In this document: positions 28,294-46,584 of the stretch, one piece after another
How the letters are laid out: every line of letters begins with the position of its first letter
Numbering within the stretch: position 1 is the stretch's first letter
Assembly (NCBI GenBank): GCA_964016885.1
Contig: OZ024741.1
Span: 234,236,001 to 234,300,000, forward strand
Direction of reading: 5' to 3'
Length of the DNA: 64,000 nucleotides
Source: Eledone cirrhosa
Lineage: Eukaryota
Notes under the pieces: generated by a model
What the model was told of the DNA's origin: nothing
The model's database searches: none
Seen by the model: only the letters and a program-made list of their open reading frames with translations
Program-made: the position numbers and the translations under genes

Positions 28294-28359
<66 letters not shown>

Positions 28360-28411
28360 TTGTGTGTGTGTATACAGGGTTTGCGAAAGTCACTAATGTT
28401 ATTTCAGCGAT

Positions 28412-28442
<31 letters not shown>

Positions 28443-28457
28443 ATCCCCCTATCCGTA

Positions 28458-28495
28458 CTTACCTGATGGAGGACTTCTGTCCGAAACGTTGAAAC
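28458..28495 (+). ncRNA. Minimal hammerhead-like motif with weak stem I
   Basis: CUUAC CUGAUGGA GGAC UUCU GUCC GAAA CG UU|GAAAC. Stem II is perfect, stem I pairs 3/5. Confidence 0.55.
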
Positions 28496-28807
28496 CTCCT
28501 CCACTTCCACCAAGCGTGAACCTGATATAACTGTTTTGTTCGTTCATTTTCAACTAAGCATGTATACTTATATATATATATATTTATATATATTTATATA
28601 TATATGTCTGTGTGAGAGTGTGTGTATGTGAGTGAGTGTGTGTGTGTGTACGTGTGTGTGTGTGTGAGTGTGTATGTGTGTGTGTGCGTGCGTGCGTGTG
28701 TGTGTGTGTGTGTGTGCGCGTGTGTGTGTGAGTGTGTGTGTGCGTGTGTGAGTGAGTGTGTGTGTGTGTGCGTGTGTGCGTGCGTGTGTGTGTGTGCGTG
28801 TGTGTAT

Positions 28808-28838
<31 letters not shown>

Positions 28839-28895
28839 CGTGTGTGTGTGTGTGTGAGTGTGTGTGTGTGTGTGTGCGTGTGTGAGTGAGTGTGT

Positions 28896-28934
<39 letters not shown>

Positions 28935-29094
28935 CTCAGAGACGGCGGGGCATTATAACAACATGCTGCTTCGATCATCTCTGGGTCAAAAACATAAACA
29001 TATTTTTTTCTTTGCTTGTTTCTTTGTTTTTTCCTTAAAGCCTCTTGGAATGTGTTTACCATCATTCCGTTGGTTTACATCTATTATGCGATTT

Positions 29095-29152
29095 ACACCT
29101 GAAGATGTCACCTACTTCTTACGCAACCTGGCCACTGAAATGTGCATAGTGT
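29095..29152 (+). ncRNA. Type I hammerhead ribozyme with canonical core and weak stem II
   Basis: ACAC CUGAAGA U GU..AC U GAAA UGUGCA UA|GUGU. Confidence 0.7.
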
Positions 29153-29253
29153 TTGCAGAAATAGATAATATATATATATATATATATATACCGCCTTTTG
29201 GGATTCTTTCTCACGTCGTGTAGACGCGCTCTTGAGACTAGTAAAATGAGGTA

Positions 29254-29343
29254 TCCTCTTGATAAGTCGGCAGACCTCGCATGGACTCTATATCTTTATG
29301 ATATATTGTTTTTGTTTATGCCACGAAACTACGTAGTCGAGGA
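29254..29343 (+). ncRNA. Type I hammerhead ribozyme with a compensated U3-A8 core
   Basis: UCCUC UUGAUAA GUCGGCA..UGCCAC GAAA CUACGUAG UC|GAGGA. Stem I is 5/5 and stem III is the palindrome ACUACGUAGU. Confidence 0.8.
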
Positions 29344-29412
29344 ATTTAGGAGCAGTTTAGGTATGATACATTTTATTACTAATTATATCTAAATGTTTCT
29401 TCTCTCTTCATA

Positions 29413-29489
<77 letters not shown>

Positions 29490-29497
29490 TATATATA

Positions 29498-29563
<66 letters not shown>

Positions 29564-29742
29564 AAGGGTATGTCAATAATTTAACGTGGTGTCCTTGAAA
29601 TATGTATAATGAAATAAATATGGTTTTATAAAAAATAGTTTCCATTTAATATCGTATTTTTACTCCAAATATTTGTTGAGTGCTTTATATCAGTTATAAA
29701 AATATTTGCTTGTTGTATCCCAACAATTTAAATAGAACTTTT

Positions 29743-29771
<29 letters not shown>

Positions 29772-29773
<2 letters not shown>

Positions 29774-29912
29774 TCATGAGAATTAGCCGTCGAAACGGCT
29801 TGAGCTCAGCCGTCGGGGTCTTACTTGTTCCTATTACCCACTCTACTACCCTAAGTATTGAGTACTTTGGTGCGTTATGGTCCACCTGGTTCCTTACCAC
29901 ATTTCCTTCGTT
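29772..29912 (+). mobile_element. Solo 5'-truncated pLTR end of the 22312-24480 Penelope family
   Basis: Near-identical to the reverse complement of 22312-22447, begins inside hammerhead stem II, (TA)n on both sides. Confidence 0.85.
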
Positions 29913-30141
29913 ATATATATATATATAGTGAGGGATATATATATTTATATATACTTCGTTTTTTTAATCTGTTTTGCAAGATTTCTTATCTGAAAACGTG
30001 TGTTGAAACAGATATTGTTATACTTTGGGAGGGTCATGCTGCCAATAAAAACACACGCACCTATTGGTTTTCACTTCAATTTATTATAAATTTCCGGTTG
30101 CCTGGTTGGTTCGATAACCAGATGGTTGTTTATATATTATC

Positions 30142-30374
<233 letters not shown>

Positions 30375-30416
30375 AAACAAGGGCGAATGGTTATTTTTTC
30401 ATTACGTTTATTGGTT

Positions 30417-30491
30417 GGTGACGCGTGTTTCGCTATTGATCAGCTCAAGGTTCGATCTGCATCGATCTAGCCCGACCTGTATGGTCAGACC
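30417..30491 (-). ncRNA. Internally damaged hammerhead, family of 6523-6607
   Basis: Minus strand: GGU CUGAC..AUCAAUAGC GAAA CACGCG UC|ACC. Confidence 0.5.
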
Positions 30492-30497
30492 TCTGTG

Positions 30498-31840
30498 TGT
30501 GGTAGTGCCAAAGAAGGGAGATCTCTCTAACACCAACAACTACAGGGGATCTCACTGACGTCACTTGTGGCAAAGACCCTCAACAGGATGATTCTTAACA
30601 GGATCCAGCCCGAGATGGAGAAGAAGCTCAGGGACAACCAGAACGGCTTCAGAGAGGGAAGTTCAACTACCAGTCACATCCTGATGCTGAGGAGGATATT
30701 AGAGGGAGCTAGAGCAAAGTGCCTTCCTGCGGTCATGGTTTTCATTGACTTTAGGAAGGCCTTTGATTCTGTGGATCGTCACTGCCTGATGAAGATCTTA
30801 CAGGTTTATGGAATCCCCAAGAAGATAGTGGACCTGATATCACTGCTCTACACCAACACCAAAGCCCAAGTCATTACACCTGATGGGATGACAGAGTTCT
30901 TTGAGATACTGGCTGGAGTGCTCCAGGGAGATACATTGGCTCCCTACCTTTTTATCATCGTAGTGGACTATTGTATGCGCCTTGCACTGGAGAAACACCA
31001 GGACTCTGGCTTTACTGTAACACCGCCTCAGAGCAGGAGAGTTAAGGCGAAAAAGATATCGGATGCTGAATTTGCCGACGACATAGTTTTGGTGACAAAT
31101 ACAGTGAAGGAGGCAGAGGATTTGATGCAGGAAGTGGAGACTGTGTCGATGAGTGTGGGGCTGAAAAGGAATGAGACTAAGACAAAATGTCTGGTAGAGA
31201 ATGTTGAGAAGGGGATTACTAATGTAGGCGGGAAGCCGCTGGAATTAGTTGAGGACTTCCTGTATTTGGGAGCAAAGATTGGGAATACGGAAGATGATGT
31301 GGTTGAGAGGAAGAGCAAAGCCTGGGCGGCGTGCCACAGTTTGAGATCGGTGTGGAAGTCGGACCTTCGTAAAGACCTGAAGATCCGTCTCTTCATTGCT
31401 GTAGTGGAGTCTGTGCTGCTGTACGAGTCTGAAACTTGGACACTGACCAAGAAACTCACTCAGATGGTGGATGGGTTCTACACGAGAATTCTGAGGATGA
31501 CTCTAAACATTAATCAGTATACACTGAGGATGAAGAACTCAGAGCTGTATGGGAACCTCCCAAAAGTCAGCTCAAAAGTGACACAGAGGAGACTGAGGTT
31601 AGCTGGACATGCTCACCGACATCCAGCCAGAGTTGACACAGCACTCAGTGCTCCTGTGGGAGCCCCTGCATGGACACACTGGAAGAGGAAGACCAAGCTT
31701 AACGTATGTTGATGCCCTAAGGACAGACACTGGTCTGTTGGAGACGCAGGAAATGGCAGCGATAATGAGAGACGAAAATCCGCTGGAGTGAACTCGTCCA
31801 TGGATCTCGGGAATTTTACCTGCCCTAGATAGATAGATAT
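30498..31840 (+). mobile_element. 5'-truncated RTE-clade LINE
   Basis: Starts VVVPKKGDLSNTNNYRG and ends in a (GATA)n tail. Confidence 0.9.
30567..31712 (+). pseudogene. RTE LINE reverse transcriptase (381-aa open segment)
   Basis: NQNGFREG, FIDFRKAFDSV, GVLQGDTLAPYLF, EFADD, FLYLG, LYESETWTL, RRLRLAGHAHR. Confidence 0.9.
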
Positions 31841-31855
31841 ATATGTATATTTATG

Positions 31856-31988
<133 letters not shown>

Positions 31989-32080
31989 GTTTAACAAGGT
32001 TCAATGAATTAATCAATGAATAAAGTTTCACAATAGATTAGAAGCACTCTACAGTTAGGTTTTTTGGAGTTGAGTTATTA

Positions 32081-32722
32081 ATATTACTTCAAAATATTAA
32101 TAAATATAGACATTCATGTGATCAAATATATTTTATTATACATATTTCAGAGGTACTGAGCTATTTCAACAGTACGTCCTCATCAGATAAAATAAGTTGA
32201 TGCCTGACATACCTTGACTATGTTGATGGTTATAATTTAGTCATGGCAGTGATTAGTTATGACAAAACTCAATATTTATATACCTTAAGTCTGCGGTTGA
32301 CTTTGCCTTTCATCCTTACGGGGTCGATAAAATAAAGTACCAGTAATGCACTGGGTAATTGCTGGCCTTGTGCCTAAAGTAGAAACAATTATTATTATAT
32401 AAATTTTTAACAGTTATATAAGTTTATGTATTATATATTATTAGTTATTTATATATCTTTATACACATTCTCATACGCACCCTCTGTAGTATATGTAATT
32501 TTTCATGTTTCAACTTAAGGTATATAAATATTGAGTTTTGTCATAACTAATCACTGCCATGACTTAATTATAAACATTAACATAGTCAAGGTATGTCAGG
32601 CATCAACTTATTTTATCTGATGAGGACGTGCTGTTGAAATAGCTGACTACCTCTGAAATATGTATAATAAAATATATTTGATCACACGAATGTCTATATT
32701 TATTAATATTTTGAAGTAATAT
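32081..32722. repeat. 210-bp inverted repeat between TA tracts with a degenerate hammerhead-like motif and a SINE fragment in the spacer
   Basis: Arms 32081-32290 and 32513-32722, both with CTGATGAGGACGT(A/G)CTGTTGAAATAGCT. Stem I is not convincing. Confidence 0.85.
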
Positions 32723-33259
32723 ATATAAACATACATATATATATATATGTGTGTGTGTGTACGTGGGGGCTTCTATGAATGCATTATAGTGTCCTTCCAC
32801 TTTTTCTAGGAAATTGCATCGCTATGTCTAGCACGTCGAGTGATCGTGTACAGAATCCCCTGTTGGCTCTCAGCTCGTCAATAGTGAAATGTTTCGACTA
32901 GTGGTGTGTCTGTGTGTATGTGCATGTGTGTATATGTTTTGTTTCGCAGTAACCCATATGAACATATTCACACCTTTTTCGACAAACGCATAACCGCACG
33001 GACACACACACAGATAAAAACAGACATAAAGAGAGCGGTGGGGGGGGGGGGAATCAGAGAAATAGAGAGACGTACACGAACAGAGGTGGATGTGTGTTCG
33101 TTTGCTTAGTACAAGTATTTTTGTCGTTCCCGTATGTCAGTGTGTGTGCGGGTGAGTGTGTATATATGAATATAAACCTAGTTATACTAGTCTGTGTGAG
33201 TAGAACACGTATGTATTTGTCATAGCTGCGTCAGATTCAGAATGGTTGCTGTATGTTTA

Positions 33260-39840
<6,581 letters not shown>

Positions 39841-39841
39841 T

Positions 39842-40215
39842 GTAAAGAACAAAAGGACTGTTTCTATCAGGACCTCTTATAGACAACTTCAATAACAGAT
39901 GACAACGACTTCATCATCCTGGCTGGAGACTTCAATCGACAGGATGGTTATTTGAAAGAGCATAGTAGCTATAGTAAGGTTTAAGAAATGAAGAAGGATC
40001 AAGATTCCTAGAATTCAGCAATTAAATTGCCTTGAGTATTTGCATCATTCACTTAAGGAAACTGATTAACCACTTGATCACCTATCAATCAGGTGATCCA
40101 ATTGCAGAAGCCAGATTGTCTCCATGTACATTTGTAAATGGAACAGACAGATGGTTATAAATGCTTAGTTCTTTCCTATGGAAGAATGTATTGTATCTCC
40201 CAACGGAAGTTAGTT
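39842..40215 (+). mobile_element. LINE AP-endonuclease remnant
   Basis: EQKDCFYQDLL..DFIILAGDFN..NEEGSRFLEF..HLITYQSG. Confidence 0.7.
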
Positions 40216-40639
40216 TCAGTGATGTATTAGCCCATAATATATGTATGTATTGGCCCATTACTGCTGGAATTGTTATGGTGTTATATTGACATACAACGTA
40301 TCTTGGGCATTTTAAATAGGCAATGTCTACTCCTATTCGGGTCTGAATACAACCCATTTCTTCCAGAGAAAGATTGAGTATGAGTGAGGATGTGAGAAAA
40401 AGATATTAAGGAAGAATCAACCCCAGTATTGGACTGGTACTTCTTTTTTTTGACCTTGAAAGGATGAAAGGCAAAGTTGACCTTGGCAAAATTTGAATTC
40501 GGTATACAGAAAACCAGGACAAATATTGCAAAGCATTCCATCTGAAATTCTAATGGTTCTGCCAATTCGCAGCCTTTAGACAAAATCAGAAATGCAGGAA
40601 AAATCTGAAGTAGGCAAGGATGGAAGCTAAAAACCTGTG

Positions 40640-41780
40640 AAATATAGGCTCAGAAAAGTGCAATAAGCATTCCATTTAGTTCCCTGAATTTCTTCTGTGG
40701 ACATTTTACTCTAGATACTGTAACAAATTCTGACCCACCTTCTCCATTCAATATGTCTCCAAGTTAATGAAACATTTTCACCCCTCCCATCTTGACACCA
40801 ATCCCAAGATCCTGTTCAACATCCTCTCCACCTGCAGCTCCTTCCATGCACACTTTACACTTAAATATATCTGCCACACTATTTAATAATCCATTCACAC
40901 TACTACATTTTTGATGTACCCATCCAGTGTTTATCTTACATTTAATGGACTTTACTCCAACACTCTTCCAGCACATGATCACCTTCCTCTTTTTTTCCAT
41001 CTCACCAAATGCTTTACTTCTTGCCATCACCTTTGTCATTCCAATATTCATTTTTATACCTTTTGCCTACATACATTTCTTCCAGTTATCCTTTAGTCCA
41101 TCCATACTCTCTCCTATTAACACCAGGTTATTTGCATAGTAAACTTTCCTTTTCACTTAAGGCCTGTACCTCCATCACAACTACAAATAGTAGTGAGGTT
41201 AATATTGATCCTTTGTGCACACTAACCTTCACTTCAAACTCATCACTACTCCCAGCCATTGTCGTTACACCTGTAAGCACAATCTCATACATTGCCCCTG
41301 CCACTACTTCATGTGGAATTCATTTGAATGCTTTCTTTTGATCAACTAACTAAAAAAACAAATTCTTCTCCTTGTCCCTATACTTCTTCTGTAACTGCCT
41401 CACAATAATAATTTGCATCAGTTGTTCCTTTTTCTAACACAAAACCAAACAGTATTTTATCTTCACACTTTTCCTTATTTTCTTCTCTAACACTCTTTCC
41501 AATGCCTTCCCTCCATATTCCAATAACTCAATTGTCACAGTCTAGTCTGAAAGATCACCTTTCTCCTTGTACATATGGGATGAAAGTACTTAATTCCCAA
41601 TCCACTGCAATATAGTCTTCTTTCACCACCAGCTTGCAGATCTCAGCCATCCTCTTCACACCCTAACTTCTTGCTGCCTTTAACATATCTCCCCCATCTC
41701 CTGTCAGCCCTGTTGCCCTTGCACACTTCATCTTTCTCAATATTTCTTCAGCTATCTTCTCTGCCAGTTCAAGAACTAGA
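40640..41780 (-). mobile_element. Decayed RTE-like LINE RT with a PHD-like insert
   Basis: Minus-strand remnants FGFVLEKGTTDAN..RQLQKKY..KKAF, YANNLVL, MNIGMTKVM, WVHQKCS..CKVC. Confidence 0.75.
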
Positions 41781-44229
41781 TTGTTCTCTATGTCACCATA
41801 TTCAACAATCTCATCATACATCTCTTCTACTTTTAAATATCTTGGTTTTAATCCCTCCGTATGACACCTTGGGCAAATATCAAAGTTTCAATCCCACTGT
41901 ATGGCACCTTGGGCAAGTATCTTGGTTTTAATCCTTCTGTATAGGACTATGGAAGAGGTAAATTAGTAGAGTCATTAGCATGCTAGATGGACCGCATTAC
42001 GGTATTCATTCCAGCTATTTTTGCTCTCTGAGTTCAAATCCAGCTGAAGTCAACTTTGTCTTTCTTCATTTCGAGGTCAATAAAAAAAGTACCAGACCAG
42101 TACTGTTGTTGATTCTTCCTCTATATCTCTTTCCCTCTTCTTTTAAATCTTTTCTTCTCTCACTCCTTCTGTGGAAGAAATAGGCTGTGTTCAGACCTGG
42201 ATATGGGATGGGATTCACCTGGTTTAAAGTGTTCAAGACATGTCATATGTCATGATAGAACCTCTATGATTCCAGCAGGAGTTACAGATCTATACATACA
42301 TGATAATTTAGACAAGTTTTTTTCTTGGTTTTAGTCATACACTATGGCAACCTGGTTCCAGTACCACAGTATGGCATCTTGGATAATTTTCTTCTTAGTT
42401 TCAAATGATAAATAAAGCATTAGAAAACTTAACCGCCATCTTTGTTAACCTTCATAAATTCCTTTCGTCACTTCTAGTTACTGCACACATTCACCTAAGC
42501 AACATGCCATGTTTTGGCAACCAGAACAATGACATTTAATACCAACTCCTTCTAATCTAATTTTATTCTCTTTCCTTCACCTTAGGTCATTCTAATTTAT
42601 ATTTAACTCTTTCATTACCATATTTCTAATGAAAGACCCTGTCAATGATTTTCACATAATTTTGAAGATAACCAAGATTTGGAGGAATTTAGTAAAATAA
42701 CTAACTTTCTCATTCTGGCGTTTGGGGCATAATTTAACAGAGGTTCTTACATAAAATTATGAAGGTAGGTTTTTAAATAAATATAAACATTTTGAAACAA
42801 ACAGCTTTGTATCATAAAGCCCATGGTATTTTCAGGTGATTTGATAGCAAAAAAATGATATTATTTAACATTCACTTTTCTTAAAACCATTTCACTTTCA
42901 ATTTACTTTTTAACCAATTTTGCTAACTTTTAAGTACTTTTAAGAACTCTATATTCTATAAACTTACAATCTTTTTATCACATATTTTTATCACATATTT
43001 TTATCACATTGTTTATCACCAAATATAATAACATTATTATCAAGTATGTCATCTTTTAACATTCATCAGCTATTATCTATTCTTTATCTATTGCCTACTG
43101 AGTTCAATGAATTGCTCCATCACTTTAATATAACATATCATTCTTCTGTGTTTTTTAATGAAATACACTGCCAATTTGTTTCAATTAATTTTTAAAATAA
43201 TGAAAAAAAAAAATGCAGAGATTTTGTAAATTACTTGACAAAAATTTCCTACATAAAATTATGATGGAAGGCTTTAATATAAGTATGAACACTTTAAAAT
43301 GAGCAGTTATCATAGAACTAGGGGTGGTTTCAAGCGATTTAGTATATAAAAAAAAAGTTCATATGCATCATTCTATCAAAGTCTTTTATTCAAATGGGTT
43401 TTAGTTATTTCAGAGTTGTACTTGTCTGGCAAATGACTTTATCTCAGAACATGTGTTGAAACTAAAGCCCAGTTACTGTATGGAAGAATCATTTTAGCCA
43501 GTTAAAATCACAAAAAAACAGTTAAGTTTACTTTATATTTATCGTTTCTTTCTTGGTGTCAAAATTTTCATCACACTGTCAGTGGTCAGATCACTGACAG
43601 TGTAATGAAAAAATAATTTTTTAACACGAAGGAGATTATACAACAGGTTAGTCTTATTGGTATCCGAGTTAGACTGAATTTCATCAGCCTTGGTATTCTA
43701 CCATGTCTCTAGTATGTTGCTGGTCACAAGATTTCACATATTTGGATGCCTTTCTAAGTTTTACTTGTTTTAGTAGCTACATTTGAGCAAGGTCAAAAGT
43801 GCTCTTTTCTTTACCATAACTTAATTATCTCCTTGTTATACATGTTAAACCAACCACTGTGTTTGTATTTTTGCAAAACCAAACACAATGGCACAGATAT
43901 TATACACTGACTCTGACAGGAGGCCAAGGATGCAAAATTTGAACTCAGAACGTTTGATGGACTAAAGTGAAGTTTGACAAATGATTGAAGAAAATCGACC
44001 AATGAGAACAAGTATAGTTTTCAGCTATATAAGGTTACTTGGGCAAGTCGACAAATGAGAAGAAGCCAGAGTTAAATCCGTCCATTTATGTTAATCATTA
44101 CCGCTATGCAATGATTGAGAGAGTGTGTGTGTACCAGTGACAGGGAGTATATCAGTTTTCTGCATGTTCCAGGCTTTCTCAATATAATTAGCGAAGCAGT
44201 AGTTCAGTAACTATTATCACCAGGACTAT

Positions 44230-45420
44230 CACCAGCATTACAGTAGACTCCTAGCTGCTAGACAAGTTGGGCTTTGATCTTAGGGTCCTTCAGCTGGATA
44301 ACATCCAACATCCTTGCACCTAATCCTTGGCTTTATTATAAACTTCATCTTTCCCCTGATCAGCCTATGGTCAATCCAGCATTCAACACCACGCATCGCA
44401 CAAATGATGCTCACATCATGAAAGTCACACCTGCAAGTCTGTTAGATGACACTGTTTGGAACCAATATGCATCCATGTTGTCGGATACTTATCTTTCATT
44501 TGGAACATATGTATTTCAAATACATAAATCAATTAGGTGCATGTTTGAAGCAGATGCATCCCATTGTTGTTGCATCTGCACATACATAGCTTATCAAGAG
44601 CTGCCCATGCATCAGAATCCATACCTACTCATGTATGGAAGTCAACAAGGACGATGAGTTTGTCAGTACAAGAAACCTTCTCTTCTTCAGATGCAGACAT
44701 AGTGAGTGCATAAATACCAACAAGGGTCGCATATCGGCCATTCGCTAATGGAAGTCTCATATACATAAACCTGTCATTAACCCCACGGGGGAGTTCTTCC
44801 AGACATGAAACAAGAGTTGTTTTCACCACCAAAGCTACACCAGACTCTCTCTTACACTCCCCCCTTTTACCACTCCAGAAAAAAGGTGTAGCTGCTGGCC
44901 TGTTCCGTAAAATGACCCTCGCTTCAAGCTTTGTTTCTGATAGAGCTGTTATGTTCATATTATAACGCTGTAATTCCTTCGCTATGAACGCAAATCTTTC
45001 TGGAAGTGTTGTTGTTGGTTCAGATGTTCCAGCAACCTATATTCATAGCTTATTAAATTCTCGCGGTAGCAGGATGAGACCAGGCTTGAGCTGCGGTGCC
45101 CCAGGACACCTTTTCACCACTCGTTCCAGAGCCCTTATTGGCATTGACTTTAACAATGTTATTAGACTTCATTTAATTTGGATTGTTGTTTTAAGCTAGT
45201 CAGTCATTATGCTATAAAGCAGAACATTTTGATGGGTGATCAAGCGATAGGCGTGCTTGAGAGTTTTTTAAGTGAGGAAAGGCAACTCTCTGAACAGGGA
45301 TGACAGGTATCCAAAAAGAAGAACAAGTCAACATCATTGGCTGCCATTGAGTTTCAGGTGGGCATATCGCGCTTGAGCACCAACTCAGGAATTTCGACGT
45401 CCTCACGCAAAACAGGGCTT
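44230..45420 (-). mobile_element. RTE (BovB-like) LINE 5' part: UTR and AP-endonuclease remnant
   Basis: ITALSETKL, FFWSGK..ESGVALVVK, GVNDRFMYMRLPL, IYALTM, DKLIVLVDFH. Confidence 0.8.
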
Positions 45421-46584
45421 TTTACACATATATTCTGTTACACACACACACACACAATCTATACATATGAGCACACTATTGAATGGTCGTTGGCTCTCAT
45501 GAGTTCTTCTGCCCATTGTCAGGTCTTGTTTTTCGTCCCTCTGGGTGTCCAAGCCAGCTTGGAAGGATTGCTGGCTTAGTCAACGATGATCCAGCCATGT
45601 GACAGGCTTTACTGGGTTACATATTACCAGTAGTGCTCGAGAGCAACCTGGCATACATACAAACATAAAATATGACGACAGTTGTGGTCAGTTCGATACT
45701 CGGCCGTGTATAATTACTGCTTGTATAAAGACAACATACCATATATTGGAAAAGTTGAGTAAGATTGCATATGAATATTTCTACATAAGTGCTTAAACAT
45801 TGCATATAGGAATGTTACATACATTTTTAAATATTTATATAAACACGGTCTTGTAACGTTACAGACAAGTAACGTTTCAAAACTATTCACCATTGTATAC
45901 ATTGGAGCTACAATTTTAACAATATATACATTCTGACCCCCAAAGTTCGGATTTATGCAAAGGTTAAAGCATTTGTGGAATTCCAAACACCCAAAATTAG
46001 ACTTTTCCCGAAAACATTTGAATGAACAAGCAAAACGTATCATTAGATGTAACGGAATTGTCTGATTCAAAGCAGGATGGCAGTACAAAGTCAGCCACTG
46101 ACGATAACCCTCTTACTACCACTAAAAGAAACTATAATAACAGCATCAACACAGCCGCTGATAGCCAGACGTAATGGTCAGTTAAATATAGCAGTAAACA
46201 ACACGCCAATAATTTAGCTGAAATCCATACCTCTACCATACAAACAGAAGAACACTCCAAAATTGTCGACGCTTTACATTACAAGTGATGTTTCAACAGC
46301 TCCACAATCTTAATTTGAATCACAAGCCATACAACATCAGTAGAAGTAAAGAACCTGCTAAATTAGAATTGGAAGCAGTAAAAGAAGTAGCAAACAATTA
46401 TCTGAATGCCACACAGTCTAGAGGTATGAAAACAACCTACGAAACCATTGAGCTTTTGATATATATCCCAGCAATCTCATTACTAGTCTAGAAGAGCTGA
46501 AGTCAAGCAATCGAGATACAAACAGAAAACCTGAATTAGTGTGGGCACGTAACTTTTAAAAAAATGTTGTACCTGCAAAGTATT

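Noticed and set aside
29976-30022. CTGAAAA..GAAACAGATATTGTT hammerhead-like string
   Set aside because: The core is mutated and stem II is absent, so it is too weak to call.
32860-32905. Minus-strand GTCGAAAC..TTGACGAG, a possible permuted hammerhead
   Set aside because: No consistent stems I-III.
43565-43611. 20-bp hairpin resembling a terminator or pre-miRNA
   Set aside because: Isolated and short, with no supporting context; more likely a MITE remnant.
42200-44200. Possible host exons in the less repetitive AT-rich stretch
   Set aside because: No convincing ORF or splice pattern, and it contains decayed duplicated repeats (about 42650-42850 and 43180-43350). Small exons cannot be excluded without RNA data.
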